Of a stretch of DNA of 64,000 nt, positions 52,250-62,146 are shown piece by piece. The stretch is from positions 79,670,001-79,734,000 of the forward strand of contig OZ024744.1 of the NCBI GenBank assembly GCA_964016885.1, given 5' to 3'. Each line of letters starts with the position of its first letter. Within the stretch, counting starts at the first letter, position 1. The DNA comes from Eledone cirrhosa (Eukaryota). The position numbers and the translations under genes were made by a program. The notes below the pieces were generated by a model that was not told where the DNA came from, did not search any database, and was given only the letters and a program-made list of their open reading frames with translations.

Positions 52250-52929
52250 GGACACAACACATAACCTGATCCAGGAATTGAAACCACGACTTTATGATCA
52301 TGAATCGAATGCCCTAACCACTATGTCATATGCTTTCACAGTTTGAAATGTAATACACATAGAATCAACAAAGAAATTGAATAATGATAAAAATGAGTTT
52401 AAAATACATATAAAAAGACATTCCCTCTTTCAATGACACATTACAACAGGAAAAGCTGATATCTTCTAAAAAAATTTGGAGGCAACCCAAAACACCCATA
52501 TCATTTGTTTTTTTTAAATTTGAATTGAAGGAAATCCTTCGCTTTAAGGTCACATATAACTTGTGGTTATTTCCTTGAGTAAAAATGTCATCTTTTTCAT
52601 TTCATCAACATAAATCATAAGCTACACCTTCAAAAATCTATCTCTGCAAAATATGCATTATTAAGAAAACTATGAGGAAATAAAATTAGGTGAGAACACT
52701 AGATTGTAGCTACATTGTCTTATATATATATATTGTAATCATAATAACAGATACAAATACCAAAATAAGGGTTGTATGTACATATATATATATAAAATAT
52801 ATAAAAACCCATAGAGCAAATACTTCTTATTAGCACAGATTAAAACTTTATATATATTTGTTTGTGTGTGCATGTGTGAGTATTTGAATACATATGTATG
52901 TATGAATGTACGTATATTCTCTTTCTCCT

Positions 52930-53580
52930 AATTTTGAGTACATTTTTGACCGGTCACTTTCCTGGAGGCAAGGTTGTAAAAGAAATTGTCATCCCTTGAA
53001 TCACAAGAATGTTTTGCAAATTTTGAAGGTGCCAGCTTTCGCAGCCATTTGTAGTCTATGAATTAAGGAGCTGCGTTCATTGTTCACAAATCCAAGTTCA
53101 GTTATACTTTGGTCCAAGTGAATTGGTTTATAAGCTGTAGCTCCAATAATAATGGGTATGAAGCTGAAGGTGTATCTTGAAGACTGGATCTGCAAACTCC
53201 TCATCAATGGTCCGTAGATGTCCTCTTTCTCCTGTATTTTTCTGACAAAGTTGGCTTCAAGTCGGCAGCTGATCTCCACAACAGAACACGTTTTCAATGT
53301 GTGGTCCCAAACAACAATATCAGGCCAATTGGGCTTTAATTTGGTGGCAGTTTTTATTTTCAGGTTCCATTAGTATTCTTTTGTTTTTAATTTTGTTTTC
53401 CTTAGTGCATTCTAGATGGTTCTAGCTATCACATCGTGTCTCACAGGGAGGTAATAATGAAACAACATTCTTTCACATTTGGCAATAATGTGGCTAACAT
53501 CTTCGATCTTTGTTTTACATAGCCTACATTTATTGTTGACTGATGGATGTTCTTTTATGTGTAGTAGATATTTGGTAGAG
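52930..53580 (-). mobile_element. R2/R4/NeSL-type non-LTR retrotransposon fragment (CCHC knuckle + restriction-like endonuclease)
   Basis: Minus strand: KCRLCKTKIEDVSHIIAKC...RHDVIA...KPNWPDIVVWD..CSVVEISC...EKEDIYGPL...IPIIIGA. Confidence 0.85.
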
Positions 53581-53984
53581 ATTTTTAATTTTTCTAGTTT
53601 TTAATTCTACAACTGTATTTTAAATTTTCATATTTAGTGTTTTATTTTTGTTTTTGGTAGGTGAATCGTTTTGAAACTTTACTTGGTACATTTCTTTATG
53701 AGTGTAATATATAATATAACAAAGCAGTATTTATATGTTAAAATCTATGTAATGTTTATATAAATAGATGTGTTGCAATACATGTACTGTTCAAACACTT
53801 ATGTATAAATATTGTATGTAATCTTACCGCATTCTGTAGTTCAACTTTTCCAATATATGGTATGTTGCCTTCATATAAGCCTTAATTACATAGGTCCGAT
53901 CATCAGACTGACCACAACAGTCACCATTTGTGTGTGTGTGCGTGCGTGCATGCATGCATGTATATATTATCATGTGTACTCATT

Positions 53985-56600
53985 TTAGAATAGGCACATC
54001 ATATCTCTGCATGTTATAAGAGGTGACTAAAACAGTTGGTGCCAGGAAGGGCTTCCAGCCGTTAACCAATGCCTCAAAAAGGACCTCATGATAAGTAGAT
54101 TAACATATGGGAAGGGTAGTGGTGTGAGGATAATGAGAGGAAGACAAGGACAGAAGTACAAGTTCATGCGGCAAGGGTATCCAGAAGGTGTTCATAGTGT
54201 TTGTAGAGAATGTGGTGTGACTAGAGTGAGTGAATGGTAGATGATGGTGAAAATGGTGATTGAAAAGTTCTTGGTGAACATGATTTCAGAAAAAGGTTTT
54301 AGGATTGCAAGGCAGTTAATGAGAGAGAGAGAGAGAGAGAGGTGATATGACAGGGTTGAATTGGTTGAATGGTGAAGTGGGAGAAATTGTTCTAGACACA
54401 GACAGAATTAAGGAAAGGAGGAAGAGATATATGGAGAGTGCTGTGCATGGTAGTGGGATGACTAGCCTAGCCATATGTGAAAGCCCCTTGACTGCAATTG
54501 CACATACATTTTCTATTTCAGGTACAGAAAAGCTGCTACCAATGAATAACCTAATTACCACTGTCGGGGCTGCTACTTATAATGTGCACACTCGGAAAGG
54601 TATATCTGGAGAAATTGTGGAGTTACTTAAGAGGAGATGAGCAGATGTGTGCTGTGTCCAAGAAATGTGATGGAGGGGAGCCTCAGTCAAACAGCTTAAT
54701 TATAAGCATTTATGGATAGGAGGAGCAGGCATTCTACTAGCCGAGAAGTGGGTAGATAAGATAATTGAGGTAGAATATCAAGCACAGAATAGTGATAGGC
54801 TATAGAATGATGACAATTATCTTTAGCTGTACACCACAACCAGGTCTAAGTAAGGAACAAAAGGACTGCTTCTATGAGGAACAACTTCAGTTACAGATGA
54901 CAGAGATCTCATCATTCTAGCTGGTGACTTCAATGGACATGTTGGGCTGCAACAGGATGGCACCACTGGAGTATATGATGGATATGGCTATTGTTTGAGA
55001 AATGAAGAGGGAGCAAAACTCCTAGAATTCTGTAATGCAAATAAACTAACTATTTGCAAGACCAACTTCAACTTTAGAAAACCAGCCAACCCCCAGTCAA
55101 CTACCAATAAGGTGAACACACTAATCAGATTGACTTTTACTGGTCAGAAAATGTGATATAAATATCCTTCTCTGGAGAAAAATGCACTACAAAACACAAG
55201 TTAGTTATTAGTGACATCAAAATAATCACAAGACAGAACAAGAAAAGCTGGAAAACCTAGAGGAGGATAGTATAGAAGCTAAAGGACCTACTCGTTAAAT
55301 ATAGGTTTAGAAAAGCTTTATATGATATATATGACAAGAGGGAGGATACATATGACATAGAAGACAATTGGAAGTTCCTATGAGACAATTTACTATAGGC
55401 TACTGACAGGATTTGTGGCTGGAGCAAAGCACCAGCTAGACAGAGGGTGACCTGGTGGTGGAACATCACTGTGGATAGGGTAGTTACAGCCAAGAGACAG
55501 GCATAGAAAACCTAGAAAAATATGGGCAGCAAGGATCAGTAGCAGATAGCTAAAAGAGAAGCTAGACAATAGGTATAGATACCATGCAAAAAAGCTGAAA
55601 ACAGGAGGTTTGCTAACAAGATGTTCTACATTGCAAAGCAGTGTGTTAGTGAAAGCCAGGAGGTTATTGAGGAAATGTGTGTTTGAAATGACACTGGTGC
55701 ACTTAGCATCGCTGATGCTCAAAAGAAAGAGGCCTGGAAATGCTATCATGAAATATTGTAAAGAAAGACTACCCCCAACCAACTAAACGGAGGAACCAAC
55801 TATCCATATTGACAGTTATAGGTCAGAGAAGCAATGAAAGAGATGAAAAATAGTAAAGCTGCTGGTCCATCAGAAATAGTCACTGAAATGCTGAAAGCTT
55901 TCTGGGGAAATAGGAGTCGAACTAGTCACCTGCATAATCAATCAGGTAATATATGATGGGGTCATATTCAATGACTGGTGAAGCAGTGTACTCATTAATT
56001 GTTACACAGGGGCATAAAACTGATGGACCAAGTTATGAAAGTGACAGAAAGTGTTTTAATACAGATAATTAGGGGAAATATCAAATTGGATAAGATGCAG
56101 TTTAGTTTTATACAAGAAAAGAGCCCCACTGATGCCCTCTTAGTGAGACAACTACAAGAGAAGATCCTAGCTAAGTGTAAGCCACTGTATCTGGCTTTCA
56201 TTGATCTGGAGAAGGCGTTTGACAGAGTGCCATGATCTGTTATCTGGTGGTCTCTAAGAAAACTAGGCACAGAAGAATGGCTTCTGAGAGCATAAACAAA
56301 AGAGCCATCAGTAATGAGAGAAAGAAGTGAAATTAGTGAGGAATTCAATGTGTAGGTAGGTGTTCATCAGGGCTCAGTCCTGAGCACATTCCTGGCAACA
56401 TCAGAGAAGTTTAAGACTGGCTGTCCATTGGAACTTCTGTCCATTGGCAACCTGATTCTTATAGTAGAATCTGTAGGAGAGCTAGAGAAGAAATTCCAGC
56501 TTTGGAAACAGAACTTAGAATCAAAAGGGCTTAGAGTAAATTTTGGAAAAACTAATGTTTTGTAAGCAGAAAAGAAGGCAGGATCCCGATTCCATCAGAC
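53985..56600 (+). mobile_element. Old, near-full-length RTE LINE remnant including the APE N-terminus and a possible 5'UTR
   Basis: ATYNVHT...ADVCCVQE, AGDFNGHVG, VTWWWN and DLEKAFDRVP remnants with many stops; RTE 5'-type motif at ~54005-54032. The 5' boundary is uncertain. Confidence 0.75.
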
Positions 56601-56699
56601 TGGCAGAGGAGAGAGCAGAAGTTAAGGAATAATTGAGAAAGGTGAATAATTGAGAAAGGCAGGAGTTGTCAGGAATTGTGAGAGATTAAAGGCAGCAGG

Positions 56700-57880
56700 A
56701 AGTTGTGTGTGAAGAGGACGACAGAGATCTGTAAGTTGATGGTGAAAGAAAAGCATATTCAAATGGATTGGGAGTTAAATACTCTAATCCCTATGTACAA
56801 GAGGAATATTGAAAAGATGAAAGTGATAGCAAGAGGTTAAGCATTTGGTGAAATGGAAAGAACAGGAAGGTGGCCATGTGTAGTGTGCAAAAAGAGTGTT
56901 GGAGTGAACGCCATTAAATCTATAATATACATTGGGTGGGTATACCAAAAATGTAGTGGTGTGAAGGGATCATTAAATAATGTGGTAGCTACATTCAAGT
57001 ATTAAGCGTGTATGGAGGGAGCTACAGATGGAGAGGATGTTGAACTGGATGTTGAGAATAGTGTGAAGGGATTATTAAATAATGTGGCAGCTACATTTAA
57101 GTATAAAATGTATGTATGTGTGAGGGAGCTACTGACGGAGAGGATGTTGAGCTGGATCTTGAAAATGGTATGAACATTTAAGGTGTAAAAACATTCTGTT
57201 AACTTGGAGACATGTTGAATGGAGAGGGTAGATCAGTCTCTGTGATATCTAGAATGAGAGGTACATGGAAGAAGTTCCAGAAACAGAGTGGTGTGTTAAT
57301 GAGGAGGGGAATGTCATTGAAACTGAAGGGAAAGGTGTATGCTACATGTTTGAAAAATGCCATGATTTATGGGTGATGAACATGGAGCAACAGAGAAGGC
57401 TGGAAAAAACAGAAATGAGAATGGTCTGATGGATGAATGGCGTTTCACTGAGAGAGGGGAAGACAAACAAAGAATTGCAGAAAATGGTGGAAATAGAACA
57501 AGTGGTAAATGTTATGAAGAGAAATGGAATGAGATGGTTGGGTCATGTGTCGAGGAAGATGAAAGTGACTGAGTGAGAAGAGTGATAGAAATGAATGTGG
57601 AAGAAAGTAGAGGAAGGGGAAGACAAAGAAAGACATGGCTAAAAGTGGAGGAGGAAATGAAAACCAGGGGATTGGTGAGGGTGTTTGCAGACAATAGGGA
57701 AAAATGGAGAAACCTTGTCATGGGGCCTGTAAGGCTAACCCTTGCTTTAGCAGGGATGGTGGCCTTAAAATGCTTATTTGTTGTGTTTGTGTGTTAGAGA
57801 GAGAGAAAGTTTTTGATGGGGTTCCACGTGAAATAGTGACATGGACATTTAGACAATTGGGAGTAGAGGAATGGTTATTA
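56700..57880 (+). mobile_element. Additional degenerate RTE fragments with a ~100-bp tandem duplication (~56957-57170)
   Basis: GRWPCVVCKKSVG, WKKF, MRWLGHV, RGRGRQRKTW; separate RT piece EKVFDGVPREIV..LGVEEWL. Confidence 0.75.
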
Positions 57881-57881
57881 A

Positions 57882-58081
57882 AGACCTGTCAACTCTCACA
57901 ATTCGAGGCGCGGGGGGAGATCTCCCACCCACTTTAAGGTGGATGAGAGATGTCTTCTCCTGTGAAAATGGGTATAGCTTTCATTATGTAAAATCTCCCC
58001 ATTTTTGCCTCAATTCTCCCCGTTTTGGGACACTCTTTTTCATGGTACTCCCCGTCGGGTTTTTAGAGATTGGCATGTCTA
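57882..58081 (-). mobile_element. MITE of the 21084-21239 family, inserted in an RTE RT fragment
   Basis: agacctgtcaactctc...agagattggcatgtcta; shared internal atgtcttctc.tgtgaaaatgggtatag. Confidence 0.7.
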
Positions 58082-58194
58082 GCAATGATGACACTGTATG
58101 TGAAAGCACATACAATCGCAACAATTCCCACCTAATTTTGGTTTGTTCTTAACTTTCGTGCATATTTTGTATAAGATGAAAAAAAAAAAAAAAT

Positions 58195-58876
58195 AATAAT
58201 TGTTTCTACTTTTGGCACAAGGCCAGCAATTATTCCAGTGTAACAACAATAATTGTTTCTACTTTTGGCACAAGGCCAGCAATTATTCCAGTGTAACAAC
58301 AATAATTGTTTCTACTTTTGGCACAAGGCCAGCAATTATTCCAGTGTAACAACAATAATTGCTTCTACTTTTGGCACAAGGCCAGCAATTATTCCAGTGT
58401 AACAACAATAATTGTTTCTACTTTTGGCACAAGGCCAGCAATTATCCCAGTGTAACAACAATAATTGTTTCTACTTTTGGCACAAGGCCAGCAATTATTC
58501 CAGTGTAACAACAATAATTGCTTCTACTTTTGGCACAAGGCCAGCAATTATTCCAGTGTAACAACAATAATTGCTTCTACTTTTGGCACAAGGCCAGCAA
58601 TTATCCCAGTGTAACAACAATAATTGTTTCTACTTTTGGCACAAGGCCAGCAATTATTCCAGTGTAACAACAATAATTGCTTCTACTTTTGGCACAAGGC
58701 CAGCAATTATTCCAGTGTAACAACAATAATTGCTTCTACTTTTGGCACAAGGCCAGCAATTATTCCAGTGTAACAACAATAATTGTTTCTACTTTTGGCA
58801 CAAGGCCAGCAATTATCCCAGTGTAACAACAATAATTGCTTCTACTTTTGGCACAAGGCCAGCAATTATCCCAGTG
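58195..58876 (-). repeat. Tandem array of 13 x 53-bp SINE 3'-end units
   Basis: Unit AATAATTG(T/C)TTCTACTTTTGGCACAAGGCCAGCAATTAT(T/C)CCAGTGTAACAAC; exact 53-bp period (58201, 58254 ... 58837). Confidence 0.95.
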
Positions 58877-58954
58877 CATTCCGGCGGGATTTGAACTTAG
58901 AATATAAAGGGCCATAACTCTATGCAGCAAAGCATAGTGTCTGACGCTATAACA

Positions 58955-59138
58955 ATAATTGTTTCTACTTTTGGCACAAGGCCAGCAATTACCCAGTGCA
59001 TTACTGGTACTTTATTTTATCGACCCCGTAAGGATGAAAGGCAAAGTTAACCATAACGGGATTTGAACTCAGATCATAAAGGGACGTAACTCTATGCTTC
59101 AAAGCATGGTGTCCGACTCTCTACCGATACTGCCAATC
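58955..59138 (-). mobile_element. Full family-M SINE inserted into another SINE, TSD CTGACGCTATAA
   Basis: Duplication at 58941-58952 and 59139-59150. Confidence 0.85.
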
Positions 59139-59412
59139 CTGACGCTATAATAATAATAATTTTTTCTCTTTTAAATTTCATCTTCCCCATCGTAATCTAC
59201 AGCCTCAAAAGGCAATGGTTCAAAATTTCATTAAAATTATTGGTATTGTTAAGATAGGGAAACATAAATTCAGGTGGTTTATGTGAAAACTGTAGTTATG
59301 CCAACAGGATCAGAGATAAAGAAATAAACAGACACAGATAATGTAGTCCTTCATATGTGGGTTTGATTGATTAAAAAAAAAAAAACCGACGGGATGTCTG
59401 TATGATGGGTGC

Positions 59413-60545
59413 TTGTGTGGTTAACAGATGAAATGTTTGTGTGGTTAACAGATGAAATGTTTTGTGTGGTTAACAGATGAAATATTTTGTGTGGTTAACA
59501 GATGAAATGTTTTGTGTGGTTAACAGATGAAATATTTTGTGTGGTTAACATGAAATGTTTTGTGTAATTAACAGATGAACTGTTTTGTGTGGTTAACAGA
59601 TGAAATGTTTTGTGTGGTTAACAGATGAAATGTTTTGCGTGGTTAACAGATGAAATGTTTGTGTAGTGAACAGATGAGATATTTCTGTGGTTAACAGATG
59701 AAATATTTTGCGTGGTTAACAGATGAAATGTTTTGTGTAGTTAACAGATGAAATGTTTTGTGTGATTAACAGATGAAATGTTTTGTGTAGTTAACAGATG
59801 AAATGTTTTGTGTGATTAACAGATGAAATGTTTTGTGTGATTAACAGATGAAATGTTTTGTGTGGTTAACAGATGAAATGTTTTGTGTAGTTAACAGATG
59901 AAATGTTTTGTGTGATTAACAGATGAAATGTTTTGTGTGATTAACAGATGAAATATTTGTGTGGTTAACAGATGAAATGTTTTGTGTGATTAATAGATGA
60001 AATGTTTTGTGTGGTTAACAGATGAAATGTTTTGTGTAGTTAACAGATGAAATGTTTTGTGTGATTAACAGATGAAATGTTTTGTGTGATTAACAGATGA
60101 AATGTTTTGTGTGGTTAACAGATGAAATGTTTTGTGTGATTAACAGATGAAATGTTTTGTGTGATTAACAGATGAAATGTTTTGTGTGGTTAACAGATGA
60201 AATGTTTTGTGTAGTTAACAGATGAAATGTTTTGTGTGATTAACAGATGAAATGTTTTGTGTGATTAACAGATGAAATGTTTTGTGTGGTTAACAGATGA
60301 AATGTTTTGTGTGATTAACAGATGAAATGTTTTGTGTGGTTAACAGATGAAATGTTTTGTGTAGTTAACAGATGAAATGTTTTGTGTGATTAACAGATGA
60401 AATGTTTTGTGTGATTAACAGATGAAATGTTTTGTGTGGTTAACAGATGAAATATTTTGTGTGGTTAACAGATGAGATATTTGTGTGGTTAACAGATGAA
60501 ATATTTTGTGTGGTTAACAGATGAAATGTTGTGTGGTGAACAGAA
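59413..60545. repeat. 25-bp minisatellite (~45 copies) GTGT(GG/AG/GA)TTAACAGATGAAATGTTTT
   Basis: Period 25 checked at 59821, 59846 and 59871. Confidence 0.96.
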
Positions 60546-60704
60546 ATAAAGTAGCAGGAAAAACAGTCACTCTTTTAGATAAGAAAAAATTTAACTCGAA
60601 ATTTAAGCGTTTACTTGTATTTTATTGTTTTAAATGAAATATACATTTTTAATGGCATTTAAATGAAGTGTGACCTTTTCTCTTGGATTCCCCTAACCCA
60701 CTCA

Positions 60705-60752
<48 letters not shown>

Positions 60753-60971
60753 GGAGGTGAGTTTTATGTTGATTTAAAACTGAACTATCCACAAGTGTTT
60801 TTTAACCTTCATATCATGTCCTCCTGTTTTATCTGATGAAAACACAAATATTATTGCATGATGATATTTGTTTTTGAAATGCGCATAATAAAATACATGG
60901 AACTCTTTTAACCATCTTTTGTTCTTATATATATATATATGTATATATATATACCGGAAGTCGCTTATTAT

Positions 60972-61158
60972 ATAATTGTTTCTACTTTAGGCACAAGGCC
61001 AGCAATTACACCAGTGCATTACTGGTACTTTATTTTATCGACCCCGTAAGGATGAAAGACAAAGTTAAACTCGGCGGGATTTGAACTCAGACTGTAAAGG
61101 GACGTAACTATGCTAGAACGCATGGCGTCCAACCCTCTACCGATACTGCCAATTCACC
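60972..61158 (-). mobile_element. Family-M SINE
   Basis: Full-length; flanked by TTATTATATAAT direct repeats. Confidence 0.85.
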
Positions 61159-61343
61159 AATTATTATATAATATATATAAATATATGATGTATATATGTG
61201 TGTGTGTGTGTGTATGCGTATACACACACACGTTTTCTGTTTATATATATATATAAACAGAAAACATGTGTGTGTGTGTATACGCATACACACACACACA
61301 CACATATATACATCATATATTTATATATATTATATAATAATTG
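61158..61343. repeat. Spacerless ~186-bp palindrome
   Basis: Arms are reverse complements centred on (AT)6 at 61243-61254; ORFs 61108..61305(-) and 61196..61378(+) share their distal halves. Confidence 0.9.
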
Positions 61344-61480
61344 TTTCTACGTTAGGCACAAGGCCAGCAATTACCTAGTGCATTACTGGTACTTTATTTT
61401 ATCGACCCCGTAAGGATGAAAGGCAAAGTTAACCTTGGCGGGATTTGAACTCAGAATGGCAAGGGCCGTAACTCTTGCCA
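61337..61480 (-). mobile_element. Family-M SINE with truncated head
   Basis: Tail, central domain and B box present. Confidence 0.8.
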
Positions 61481-61497
61481 TATATATATATTATATA

Positions 61498-61574
<77 letters not shown>

Positions 61575-61577
<3 letters not shown>

Positions 61578-61674
61578 GGTGTCCCCCAAAAAATACATAC
61601 ACACTTCAACAGCATTCTAATAAATATTCCCTGTACAGGTAATCAGTGTGTATACGTTTTTGGGGGACACCCTG
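61575..61674. mobile_element. 100-bp Tc1/mariner-type MITE
   Basis: CAGGGTGTCCCCCAAAAA..ATACACACT / AGTGTGTATACGTTTTTGGGGGACACCCTG TIRs next to (TA)n; CAGGGTG termini as in the maT element. Confidence 0.85.
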
Positions 61675-61800
61675 TGTGTGAGTGTATGTGTATATATAAG
61701 TTTATATAGGGTTCAATCGGGGGTAAACACAGTAAGTAAGGTACTCAATACATATTTAATATAGAAATGGCTTCTACATGACTAGAAGTGTTTCATTCGG

Positions 61801-61849
61801 GTTTCCTGATGATTTCTCCCGAATGAAACAGTTCTAGACCTGTAGAAGC
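61801..61849 (+). ncRNA. Type-I hammerhead ribozyme-like motif within palindrome 61763-61856
   Basis: GTTTC-CTGATGA-t(TTC tccc GAA)t-GAAA-CAG ttctagac CTG-TA-GAAGC: 5-bp stem I (one G-U), intact core, GUA site at 61842-61844. Confidence 0.55.
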
Positions 61850-62146
61850 CATTTCTTTCTCTCTCTCTCTATATATATATAGCATCGGAAACGTTCTATT
61901 TCTAAGATAGGATGAAAAAAGTATTACAAATTTATTTATCAAATTTTGATAATTTGCTAAATAAAACTATTTGTCTTTAAGGAAACACTTCATATACATA
62001 TATATATATATACTTAACTAGATGTTTATTGCCGAATAATTGACTTACAGTTGAGAAATCTTCGGAGTTTACGAAGGTTTTTGCTTTTAATCTTTTCTCT
62101 GGAAAGTCGACTGTATTCTGTTTATTCGTTTGTCTGTTGCTTTTAT

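Noticed and set aside
58195-58876. CRISPR-like appearance of the regular 53-bp array
   Set aside because: Units are head-to-tail with no unique spacers, match the SINE tail, lie in eukaryotic DNA and have no cas genes nearby.
59413-60545. CRISPR or telomeric interpretation of the 25-bp array
   Set aside because: No spacers and no TTAGGG-type unit; it is an ordinary minisatellite.
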